Source: Camelus dromedarius (lineage: Eukaryota). Taken from it: a stretch of DNA of 64,000 nt. Location: assembly GCF_036321535.1 (NCBI RefSeq), contig NC_087436.1, positions 67,396,001-67,460,000 on the forward strand, read 5' to 3'. Positions 38,804 to 50,925 of this stretch are shown piece after piece. Position numbers and translations under genes: made by a program. Within the stretch, counting starts at the first letter, position 1. Every line of letters starts with the position of its first letter. The notes under the pieces were generated by a model. The model made no database searches. It was given only the letters and a program-made list of their open reading frames with translations, and had not been told where the DNA came from.

Positions 38804-39660
38804 CAAACTCCCAGATTTATCCCTTCCTACCCCCCTGAGTAACCATAAGACTGTTTACTATGTCTGAGAGTCTGTTTCTGTTTTGTAGATGAGTTCATTA
38901 GTGTCCTCTTTTTTTCTTTTATTTTAGATTCCACATATAAGTGATATCATAGGGCATTTTTCTCTCTCTTTCTGGCTTACTTCACTTAGAATGGCAATCT
39001 CCAGGTCCATCCATGTTGCAGCAAATGGCATTATTTTATTCTTTTTTATGACTGAGTAGTATTCCATTGTATAAATATACCACAACTTTATCCAGTCACC
39101 TGTTGATGGACATTTAGGTTGTTTCAATGTCTTGGCTATTATATATAATGCTGCTATGAACATTGGGGTGCATGTATCTTTTCAAATTAGAGTTTTTCTG
39201 TATATATGCCCAGGAGTGGGATTGCTGGATCATATGGAAAGTCTGTTTTTAGTTTTATGAGGAATCTCCATACTGTTTTCCAAAATGGCTGCACCAAACT
39301 GCATTCCCATCAGCAGTGTTGGAGGGTTCCCTTTTCTCCACAGCCTCTCCAGCATTTGTCATTTGTGGACTTTTGAATGATGGCCATTCTGACTGGTGTG
39401 AGGTGATACCTCATTGTAGTTTTGATTTGCATTTCTCTGATGATTAGTGATATTGACCATTTTTGCATGTGCCTATTGGCCGTTAGTGTGTCTTCATTGG
39501 AGAATTGCTTGTTTAGGTCTTCTGCCCATTTTTGGATTGGGTTTTGTTGTTGTTGTTGTTAAGTTGTATGAGCTGTTTATATATTCTGGAAATTAAGCCT
39601 TTGTCAGTTGTATATCATTTGCAAATATTTTCTTCCATTCTGTAGGTTGTCAATTTGTTT
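38804..39660 (-). mobile_element. Younger L1 ORF2 end plus partial 3' UTR (copy B)
   Basis: ORF 38924-39163 reads MFIAALYIIAKTLKQPKCPS..WYIYTMEYYS. Lacks its own terminal ~200 nt and tail. Confidence 0.92.
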
Positions 39661-40137
39661 AAATAGTGAGTTTTATTTCTTTCCAATCTTAGGCCATTTG
39701 TATCCTTTTCTTGTCTTATTGTGATGGATAGAACTGCTTAATATGGTGGATTACATTTATTGAACCTGTCTTGCATCCCTGGAATAACCTCATTTCATCC
39801 ATGTGTATAATTCTTGTTAAAAATTGCTAAATTCAAATTTCTAATATTTTGTTTAGAATTTTAAAATCTAAATTCATAATAGATATTGATTTATATTTTT
39901 ATTTTGCTGTACTTTGTCAGATTTTTGTATCACAGTATTACTAGCTTCATAAAACAGAGAAATTTATCCTACGTTTCTTTATTCTGGACTGTATTGTGTA
40001 GAATTAGTGCTATTACTATTTTAAGATTTTGCACAATTCTCCAATGACCCTATCTATACTTAGAGATTTCTTTTTTGGGAGTTTAAAAATTAAAGGAAAT
40101 TTTAAGTAACCTTTCCTAGTGGGTGTGTTGCAGTATA

Positions 40138-40548
40138 CGTTTCCCCCACTATCTGAAACTAGAACATTCCTATGAAACCTTTCCTAAGCCAATATAGTGT
40201 AGAGTAAAAAGGGAATTACTGTAGAACGTCTTGCTAGCTGATGCCCAAAATCAGTTGAGACAAAGCATAGATGCTCACAGACACAGTTCAGAGTTATGGT
40301 GGCTTGATGCTGAGATTGTCAGTGTAGTTCCTGGGAAAGGAGGTCACTACTCTTGTGGCTCAGGATGCACACTGGCACTGTAGCAGCCTGTTACAAAACA
40401 AGCTCTGAACACTTTTCACCTTTTGCTTTTTTCCATAAAACTGAAAATAGTCTGGCTTTCTTTCAGTTAGCATAAACAAGTACTAACGTAGGGCTTTTGT
40501 AGAAGTTAAATGGCACAAAGTGAACTTTTGAAAATCAAGAATTACCTG
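40138..40548. mobile_element. TcMar-Tigger-type MITE nested in the old L1
   Basis: TA-flanked ~410 bp interruption of L1 with degenerate terminal inverted repeats (...TTCCCCCACTATCTGAAA / TTTTGAAAATCAAGAATTACCTG-TA). Confidence 0.6.
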
Positions 40549-43500
40549 TATTGGTGTTTTTTGAAGAATTATTTCATGTCATTTGTCAAAATTATTTTTA
40601 TAGTAATGAGTGTTCATATTATTTCCTTACTGTCTTTTTGATGTCTGTGGGATCTATAGTGAAATCTATTATGTCATTCAGGATACTAGTAATTGGTATT
40701 TTCTTCTGTTTTTACTTTGCCAGTCGTACAAGGGGTTTCTTGATTTTATTTATCTTTTTTAAAGAATTGGCCATTGTTTTTCTCATTACAATTTTATTTA
40801 CTTCTGCTCTGTTTTTCCTTGTGAATATCTTTGGTTATTTTGTTCTTTTTCTAGGTTCTTCAGGTGAGAGATTAAGTTATTATTTGAAATATACCTTTAT
40901 TCTAAGGCATTTTATTCTTTAGCCTATTAATATATTAGATTACATTAATTTTGAATATTAAACTTGACTTACATTTCTGGGTGAATAATTAAAGTTAGTG
41001 CAATAAATTTCCCTCTCAGCACAGCTTTAGCTATTTTGCATGCATTTTGATATGTATTTTCATTTAATTTAATGTGTGATTTTTATTGATATTTCCTATT
41101 TTGCCAATGGATTATTTAGAATGGATTTTTAAATTTTCCACATATTTGGAGATTTTCTTATCTTTTTCTTTTATTGATTTCTAGGGTGATGCCATTGTTG
41201 AGGACATACTGTATGGTTTTTATTTTTAAATTACTAAGATTTGTTTTATGGTCCAGGCTATGATATACATTGGTGTATTTCCCGATGTCACTTGAAAAGA
41301 ATGTGCATTCTGCTGTTGTTGGGTAGGGTGCTGTATAAATGATTAGATCTTGTTGGCTAATGTTTAGTTTTTCTGTACCCTTGTTTTTCTGTCTAGTTGT
41401 CTTATGAATCATTGAAAGAGTAGTATTGAAGTCAACAAATATAACCATGGTTTCATCTATTTCTTTTAATTCAATTGCTATTTGTTTCATATCATTGTCA
41501 GCCTTTTTTTTTTTTTTTTTTTAAGTGCACACACATTTAGGATTGGTATGGCCTCTGGGTAGGTTGGACCTTTTACTATTAGGCAATTTCCTTCCCTTTT
41601 CTGGTAATTTCCCATGATCTAAAATAGATTTTATCTGATATTAATGTAGCTATACCTTTTTCCTTTGGTTAATCTTTGCATGAAATATTTTTCCATCCCT
41701 TTAATTTCAGTGTATTTATTATCTTAATATTTGAAGTAAATTTGTAGCAGGCAGCATATAGTTTATTATTTAAGCTTCTCAATCTTTTAGTTGATATTTA
41801 ATTTACATTAAAAATATTTATTGACATGTTAATCCTAATTCTTCCATTTTATTTTTTGTTTTCTATTTCTTCTCTCCTTTATCTTTGTTTTCTGTTTTCT
41901 GTTCATTTGTGAGTTACTTGGTCACTTTTATAATTCTTTTTTGATTTATTTACAGTGTTTTTGAGTGTGTCTCTTTCTAGAGAATTTTTAGTGGTCACTA
42001 TAAATGGGTATTACAATAAATATGTACAAATTAACCCAATCTACTGTTTTCAGTATTCTACCATTTTGACTCAAATTTAGAAACCTTATCTACTTATGTC
42101 CCACCTTTGTCCTCCCCATTTATAATTGTATTAAATATTATTTCTGCATACTTTTAGAACTGTATTAATCAGTGTTATAATTTTTGCTTCAACCATCAAA
42201 CACAGTCTAAAAATCTCAAGAGGAGACAGAAAATTAATTTGCTCATATTTTTATTTTTTCCATTGTACTTCTTTCCTTTTTGATGTTCCAAGATTCCTTC
42301 TTTGTTCATTTTCTTTCTATTTAAGGAATTCTCTTTATTTCTTAAAGGCATGTCTACTGATCACATAGCCTTAGTTTTCCTTCATCTAAGAATGTCTTGA
42401 ATCCCCCTTCACTTCTAAGCATATTTTTGCTGGAAAGAAAATTCAATTTTGAGAGTCCTTTTCTTCCAACACTTGAAAAATGTTTTGCTATTTCTCTTTG
42501 GCCTCCACGATTGCTGAGAAAAAAAAATCTTGTTGATTGAATTGTTTTCCCATTATAGGTAAGATGTTATTTCTCTCTTGCTGCTTTTAAGATGTTTTCT
42601 TTGGTTTCAGTTTTCAAAAGGTCTACTGTGATTTGTCTTGATAGGGATTACTTTGGGTTTATTAATTGTAGAGTTTTTTTCAGCTTCTTCTATCTGTAGG
42701 TTTTTTACTTTTGCCAAATATGGAAAGTTTTCATACATTATTTATTTGAGTACTTTTCCAGCCCTGCCCATTTTCTCCTTTCCGTTTGGAACTCAGAGTA
42801 CATAAATATTAGATCTGACAGATCCCTGAAGCTCTGTTTATTTTTTTCAGTCTGTTTTCTCAGATTGCATATTTCTGTCATTTTATCTTCAAGTTCACCA
42901 ATTCTTCAAGTTCTCACTGGATGACACCATTTTGGTGGGTAGGTGTGCCTTGGTAGAGATAAGTGTCAGTTGAAGTCCAGGCTCTCCATGTGGTCTTTAG
43001 TGATACCACAAGCAGGGGAAGTAGGAATAGTTATCTCACTACTGGGTTAAAAATCCTAGCTCCTTACTCTGCCTTCTCTGACACCAACCTGGTTGGGGGA
43101 TTGTAGTGTTTTGCTACACTTTAAAGAGAGTCCATATCCAGACTCCCCACTTGGTCTTTGCTGGCATGGATTGGGTGTTACCACTGTTTCTTCTGTGGTT
43201 ATTATGTAAGATTTTCTTTCTTTTGAGGCTTTCCCTTTTCCTTGTCCTTCAGTGAGAGAAAGGAGCCTTTTGTTGGGACTTTTCTGACTGTGCCCACTGA
43301 CATGTGCAGGCTAGGATCTATTTCCTCTACAAGTCTGAGATATAAGGCAAAAGGAAAACCTAAGAAACTCACTACACTTCTATTCCTGGGTCCTGAGATG
43401 CCTAACTGGTTTTCCTTCTCTCCAGCAACCAGAGTCTGCTTATATTGGTTTTATATTTAATGATCAGGGTTTTCCACTGTATTTAGTGGGAGAAATAGTT

Positions 43501-44879
43501 ATAAGTATGTCTATTCCTTCTTCCCAGGAGTGGAAGTTGAGCCTTTTTCAGCTTTTGTAAAGTTTGTATCTTGATATGTATTGGTGAAGATCATACCTTG
43601 AGAAGAGGTACATATATGTGAAAGAGGCTCATTATAATCAAGAAAATAGTTCAGTTTGAATGAATATAAGAAAACTGAAAGGCATTTTATTATATGATTT
43701 TTAAAAAAGGTTCCTAAGATTGTTTTTGTCCTTTTTCTGGGATGTAAAAGGACTAGATGAAGAAAGTCGTTTAAAAGGGGGAGAATACACTATAGTTATT
43801 AAGTGTAAGATGGTGGAGTTAGATTTATTTTGAAAAATGGATAGAAAAAATTTAAAATAATTGGGTTATAACTTTCAAATTTCACTATCTTCGAAAGTTA
43901 TTGTAACCACAATACAATAGCTGTAGCTACAAAATTTTGAGTGAATTCTTTAATCTCTCCAAATTTCACTCTTACAAGATTGTTTTAAAGATGATTAAAG
44001 ATAACGTAACCTGCTGATTGTATGTCTAAACATGACAAATAGTGAGAATTTAAATAGAGATTCTAGGGAATGTGGATAGGGACCACATCACTTCTATAAA
44101 ATTTAATGGGTCTGAAAAAAGAAGGCTCTAACTAAACTGGAGGTATAAGGGTAGAAATTTAGATTTCATGTGGAACCAAACAAGAGAAAGAGTCATATTG
44201 GAGTGACTAAGCTTAGAAAAATGAGTGGAAGATACATAGTAGAATAGAAATCCTTAGAAAAATAGGTTAATATATTGCCCAAACTAAACATAACCCAAAG
44301 CCTGAAATTTTTAATAATTGTAATTGGAAAATACTCTTTCTTTTGGAAATTTTTATACTAGAAATAATATCTTTTCTGACTCACTCACCTCTAATTTTAG
44401 AAGCCCAATCAAGTACTTTAGTTAAGAAACAGATAACTTGTTTGATGTAGCTTCTATTCTTTCTGTATTCTCAGCAATTATTTAAAATGTTCAATTTGTT
44501 GTGGTCATTAAAAAAAGGTTTAACTATGCATAGTTTAGTGTTTAATTTTCTGTTCTCTGATAATAGAAACTTATTTTGCATTCTCTATTTAACTGCTTTC
44601 TTAAAACAGAGTCAGAACTCTTGTTACTTCAACTCAATAAATTTTCTGGACTAAACTATTTCTCAGAAGTTATAAGAAACTGAATCTACCATAAATTAAA
44701 ACTTACTTTCCTGTCAGAATAGTAGCCTGTTATTGTACAACTTTGTGTGAGTGTGTTGGGGTTAAAATAAGTGTTGGAGAGATTGGGAAATTTGAAATTT
44801 ATGGCCCAAATTAGGAGACACACAATTTTTAAAAAATAACTTAGTTTGCCCAGTGTAAAATAAAGGCATCTGGATAAAA

Positions 44880-45060
44880 GTCACTTTAGTTGTGTGATAT
44901 TGGGCAAATTCTCACTTGTCTGTGCCTAAATTTCTTTAATTCTGCCTGGAGTTGCTTTTCATGTTAAATGTTTTTTTGTCTTAAATACATAGCATAATAT
45001 CTAGCACACTTTAGGTATCTACTTATTTAGGTATCTACTAATTGTTATAACTATTCTCAT
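44880..45060 (+). mobile_element. MIR fragment
   Basis: AGTTGTGTGATATTGGGCAAATT..CTTGTCTGTGCCTAAATTTCT, the MIR core. Confidence 0.6.
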
Positions 45061-45958
45061 GTTTTCATTGTGTTGATAAGATTAGAGTCATAAGAACACT
45101 TCTGGAACGGGAAGTATGTGGCCAACAGGGATAGAGAAGTCTCATTTACTAGATTGTGGCAGCTGTGGGGATTTTATAGACTGACTGGAAACATACAATT
45201 CTTAGTTTTTCAATAGGTAGATCCCATTTTTGTTTAAATTACTGTCATCTTGTCACTAACCCACAATTAGCATATAGTGCCTCCCCATCTCCCACCCTGA
45301 AAAGATTTTTTTTTCCTGTACCCACCTTCCCCTCCTTCCCTAGAATTCTGAGGACAGCTTCAGTCAAGATTAAGCTATATTATGCCTATGATGCACGGTT
45401 TAAATGCATCCAGCTGAACCAACAGAAAGGGTAAGATTATGATAGTCACTCATCTTAGCAGGTCACAAGCTGTGTTTTGGAACACTCAATGGTTTCATGT
45501 TAAAATTCTGAAAGGCATGTTGTAGAGGTTTTAAATTCTGTCAGATAAAGATAAAAAGAAGAAACCTCACGTGTGTTTACTAGGAGAGCTTTTCCCCTTG
45601 ACATTAAATCTTCCTTAGGGAAAAACCTTTTCCTGAGGAAACCAAGTAAAATGGCTTTGAGTTTATTCCCTTATTCCTTGCACATACGTATTGAATAGTC
45701 TGAATCTGCACTAGTAGTTTCTATTTTGTCTTAGCTGGTAGATATCTATATAGACAAATATTTCAAAGTTAAATTACATGCATATATACAGAGAGAGAAA
45801 GACAGACAGAGACAGACAGAATCTAGTAAGTGCCTTGAAGGCTACAACAGAGTATTGGAGTTAATAGAGGTAAAACAGAGTTCCTGCTGTCAAATTGATG
45901 GGCAAGTGGGTCAGTGTAAGCATTTCACACATTAAAAAAAAAACCCCACAAATGTGAC

Positions 45959-45967
45959 TTTTATAAA

Positions 45968-46001
<34 letters not shown>

Positions 46002-46014
46002 ATATTTTATAAAA
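45959..46014. repeat. 56-bp AT-only near-perfect palindrome, TTTTATAAAA-(TA)n-TTTTATAAAA
   Basis: Self-complementary with one mismatch near the centre. Confidence 0.9.
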
Positions 46015-49000
46015 TATATTTGTTTATGTCACTAAAGAGGCAAGCAGCAGAATGGTAAATCTGGTTTTATAAAGAATATGAGAGACCAGAGTCAATGAAG
46101 AAAAAGTTAAAAGTAGATTGGAGAATTGTAAATATAGTCACAAATTGATCTATTGATCAACCTATTGAGGGTTATTTTTTTTAACAAATAGAAATTGTTA
46201 GCATTTCTACCAGATAAAAATTACTTGCAAGTTATCAGTATTTTTCAAAGTAACATCTGACCTTTCAAACATTGGGTCATAATAAACAGCAAACAAACGA
46301 ACAAAAAAATCAAGTAACAGAGAAACTCCTTTGACTTTAGGCAGGATTTTTGGACAATGCTCTAGGATAGCTTTGCAAAAACACAGTGATCACTTGCTGT
46401 ATTTCTAACTTTAGATAATTTTTATGAACTTCTATGTGAGGAAAACAGATTTCAATACCTTAGAGTGACCTGAGATTCAAGAAATACCCACAGTTTCCTT
46501 TACAAATGTTTAAAGAATGAACTGAATAAAATGATTGCCAAACATTAACTTTCATCATATAACTAATTTCTTAATATTGCCTTATTTTATGCTATAAAGT
46601 GTGTTCTTTTGACCTAATCTGTTACGGTGACTGCTTGTGATAATTTTATTGACTACCCTGGTGGCCCTCAGTAATTGGCTTTTGTTTTCTTCATAGTCCC
46701 ATCATTTTAATCTTCCAAAATGTTATCTGGTAGGTTCGAGACACAGCTGCTGTATTTCAAAGTCTTCAAATCTTGATATGGCTACATACCCCTTTTCTAA
46801 TCCATGTGGATAAGGAGATTTGAGCTTCCATGGTTATTATCTCAGCCCACCCTGCACAACCTAGAATCAAGTGGGAATCTCTGAAGCAAAATCCTCTTCT
46901 GGGCCATCTGTTAATATAGGACAGTTTAAAATATTATTTGCATTTACTATATCCCACAGGAAACCATAGTAAAATTCCCTCTTGGGCAAAACTGTGACAT
47001 AGATATTAGCACTGAATTTTTAAAGCCAACTTTTTTTAATAGGCTATCATATAACACAGATTAACTCAATCGGGAATATAGTTGAGCCTCCTATTCCCAC
47101 ACCAACTTGTCATCTCCAAGAACAGATGTTAATACAAAAATAAAAATCACAATATGAAAATCACAAATCAACACTTGAATTAGTGGCCAGGTGTCTCCAC
47201 ACTGAAACACATCATTATCCTTTTTTAATTATGAGGCTTTTTGTTGACAGATCCCAAAGAAAGATGGAAGGTTCACATAAGCTCAAGGTAATAACTTGCT
47301 TTCTCAGTTCTAGCCTTTATTCCAGATTAGAACTTAAAAAAAGATATTGGTGAAAATAACTAACTTGTGGTTGTAGATCATGTCAAGGTTTTAGTACTGG
47401 ATCTATATTACTGCAAATAATATATTCAAAATTCATTCACTTTGCTAATAGAAAATCTATGCTAGTATTCAGAATGCTTAAAGATTTCCAAGTTCCTATT
47501 TCATGATCCATACACAAACCATGATGCTGTTTTATTCTTTATAAACTGCTGATTCTGCATAAAGTAGTGTACCCTAACCTCCCATAAAGATTATTTAACC
47601 AATAGCTTAAGAACACATATAACAGCTGGTGCTTCTTTAAAAAAATATATGAGGAAATCAGATATGGAACCTTGTTACAGTTTTTTGTTGTTGTTGTTGT
47701 CCTGGTTATTTCACAACAATCTAATTTTATATTTACTTTTAGAATATTTTTAAAGATAATGAAATGCCTACTTTAATCTTCTCTTACAATTTTTTTTCTG
47801 TCCTTCAGTCCTTAAAGCAAGTTCCTGGCTGCTAATAATTATTATTCTCACAAAAAAAGCCAAAATACTATTTTTGGAAAACTGATAAATTTTTTTTTAG
47901 CAAATTGAATATATGAAAAGAAAAAGAAAAAAAGTTAAAATAATTGCTCTAATTTCCACTACCAAGAAATAGACATCATTATTAAAATTAGGTTAGTATC
48001 TTTCCAGACACCTTTTTTTGCTCATAAAAAATTAGGGTAGATTAAAATACTTCCATAAACATTTGGCTATATCCTATGTAGAAATTTGAATATGGGTTAT
48101 TAAACTGTACTTAAATTAGTTTAAGGAAAAGTAGTTAAATTGAAATTGAAGAAATGGCTAAAACTCAGTATCTGCAAGGCAAGGAATACTATTTCTGAAA
48201 AGACTTCTTTAACTATTAATAACAAAATATTATGACAAAATTAATGCAGTTGGAATCACTGTATTTCTTTCGAATACATTTCTTTATCATAGGCAAATTT
48301 GCCTCTGCTGTGATTAGGTTCTCAGCACTCACACATTTCCTCCCACTCAACTGTGATTGTTAGTTCCACTATCATTTTTTTTTTCATTTTCAACCTTTAA
48401 AATATTTGTTTTTCTTGATAATGATTTGAACTGTTATCTAGAAATTATTTCATATTTAAGTGTAATAATGCTTACACTGGTCTTTTATCTATGGCTTCTT
48501 CATTTTTATGTCCTTTTTTTGATTCATATCTTGAATGTCTAGATTCTTTGGTCAGATTTCTTCCTTTCTTCTGTCTTTCTTGTCACTTTTTAATATTTAG
48601 GTTGATGAGCAAGTTATTTTCCTTATTAGATTGTTCACAGAAAATCTTTCTTCACTCCTCTTTCCTTCCTCCCTTCCTTTTATTCAGCATTCTCTCCTTC
48701 CATCCTTCTCTTCTTTCTTCAATTCATTCTCATTTGTTTCTATGAGATATTGAGAGAGCTTTCATTGACCATTTCCTCAACACCAACAACTACTTCCCTA
48801 AACTTTGAGTATTTTTATATTTGCAAGTACTGTTTTTTTTTAAATGAATAATAGCATACAATATAAAGTAGTGTTACTACCTAAACCACTTAACCTTTAA
48901 TTTGGACTCTGAAAATAAGATCAGTTTTTCAAATAGATGCTTAACTGTGAGTTCATAGTACACAAGGAACTTGAATGAATTACATATATGTTTCAGAGAA

Positions 49001-49037
49001 ACAGATTTACATTAGTATGTGTATGTCATCCCTTGGG

Positions 49038-49226
49038 TAGGGATTGCAAATAAAATACAGGCCCCTAGTTAAATTTGAATGTCAGAAAATAAAAATAATT
49101 TATTTTTACTTTAAGTATATCCTGTGCAACATGCTTATACTAAAAAAAAGAGAAAATGTCTGTATATCTGACATTCAGATTTGGCTGGGGACCTGTACTT
49201 TTTATTGGCTAAACTGGACAACCTTA
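49038..49226. mobile_element. MER53 palindromic hAT MITE
   Basis: TAGGG..ATAAAATACAGG..AGTTAAATTTGAATGTCAGA ... TCTGACATTCAGATTTGGCTGG..CCTGTA..CTGGACAACCT. Confidence 0.85.
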
Positions 49227-49316
49227 TCTGTAGGAAGACAAGGGAAATATGAAATGGAATAAGATAAGAAAATGTGATGAAGTTCAAAATCACTGAAATT
49301 GATAGTTGATCCTAAG

Positions 49317-49626
49317 TAGCTATGGACTGAATATTCATGTTCTTTCAAAAATGATACGTTGAAATCCTAACCCTCATGTGATAGAATATGATGGTATTAG
49401 GAAGTGAGGTCTTTGATTAGGGATTAGTGCCCATGTAAGAAAAGACACTTTAACTTTCCCTTTCTCTTCTTCCCTGTGGGGAAACAAGGAAGAGGGCTCT
49501 TACCAAAGCTCCACCAGCCTGGCACACTTACCTCAGACTTCAAGCCTATGAACTGTGAGAAACAAACTTCTGTTATTTAAGCCACTCAGTCTATGGTATC
49601 TTGTTACAACAGTCTGAACTAAGATA
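49317..49626 (+). mobile_element. MaLR LTR (MLT1A/B-like)
   Basis: GCTATGGACTGAAT...GTTGAAATCCTAACCC ... AACTGTGAGAAACAAACTTCTGTTATTTAAGCCACTCAGTCTATGGTAT. Confidence 0.85.
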
Positions 49627-49984
49627 GGATCAGATTTTCTTGAACATTTTCTTTGATCTTTTGACTTCTTTCTTTTTCATCACTGCCAGTTCTCACCTAC
49701 TCTGCTGTGAAATTGAGAGTAAATTTCATATTACTGCATTCACTTTTGTATTAATTTAATACTTTGACAAATGACTAAAGCTGTCCATCTCTTACAGTAT
49801 TAAGCAAAATGGCGATGAAAAACTGTGGCTACCAAAGAAATATGAATAAATGTTACAATTAAAATTTGAGGGAAATTTTGGGAAAAACTGTAGTCAGGCA
49901 CAAAGGAATATTAAATAATTCCAGACATACAGTGTTCATATAATTATGAACATATTACATATAAATTAATATATTTATATATAT

Positions 49985-50215
49985 AATAGTAAAAATTTAG
50001 TATTAGATATCAAGAAAACTTACTTTGGGGAAGAGAGTTGGGGTGTGGGGTATTTGGGAAAGGCATGAACAGGGTTTATGGAATACTGGCAGTATTCTGT
50101 ATTTTAAGCTTCTGCATGGTTGTAGCATAAGTATTCATCTTGTGACAGTTTAACAAACAGTATGTATACTTTTCTCAGTGAACATTGTATTGCAAATTTT
50201 AAAGTAAAAAAAAAG
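49985..50215 (+). mobile_element. Old L1 3' end fragment
   Basis: TTACTTTGGGG...GGGAAAGGCATGAACAGGGTTTATGGAATACTGG motif followed by an A-rich end. Confidence 0.55.
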
Positions 50216-50789
50216 AAATTGGAAAGCAATCAATGTGCATTACATTGTTTAAGCACTTACTGCCATTTAAGAGACAAAACAAATAATCTGGATGGTCAGA
50301 AACTGTAATCTTTTTTTTTTTTAATTTTTATATGTTGAGATAATGGAAAATTAGAATTTATTTTTAGTCCTAATCAAATTTTATCCACCTGAAAACTAAC
50401 TTATATAAATGTGAATTTTGAAGTAAGAAATAGAAAGTAGTTTTAAATATACCATATTGTTTTTACTTGTTATTATCCTCTCATATTATAAATATATATA
50501 AATATAAATACATTACATGCTCTCACAAACTATGTTGATAATTAATTGAATTTATTAGTATTCTGTTGTCCAACCATTTTCAATGATTGCCCAAACCCAT
50601 TAACATAAAATAAATATTATTTTACCCAAAGGGATATGTAGTGTATAACATGGCCTAACTCACCTTGACAGTTAATCTCCTAATACTTGGTACAGTCTCT
50701 TCAGGAACCTGTCTAGTCAAGGACTAAAAACATGTGTTGCCTTAGCATCATTGCCATCATCACTCTCACCATCGTGATCAGTCTTCTAA

Positions 50790-50925
50790 GAGCTTAACAT
50801 ATAAGTTATGTAATCCTACTCATAACTCTGTGAGAAAGGTACTATTCCTGTCTCTATCTTACAGTTAAGAAAACTAAGGCAGAGTGTTTAAATAATTTCA
50901 TCAAGGTCACACAGCTAGTAAGTAG
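50790..50925 (-). mobile_element. MIR fragment
   Basis: TTACAGTTAAGAAAACTAAGGCAGAG...CAAGGTCACACAGCTAGTAAGT. Confidence 0.75.

Larger units (their letters stand above)
36440..43540 (-). mobile_element. Long, old L1 (L1MC/L1MD-like), 3' UTR to 5' region, with nested insertions
   Basis: Minus-strand ORFs WYWQRTRHINQ..IENPE and DFNTTLSMIHKTTRQK..PTTAECTFFS (endonuclease), plus antisense ORF1/5' region at 42.3-43.5 kb. Confidence 0.85.

Noticed and set aside
3700..44727. Several small minus-strand AG...GT candidates (~3700-3769, ~8009-8030, ~14544-14566, ~44707-44726)
   Set aside because: Weak pyrimidine tracts, no consistent phase and no recognisable peptide.
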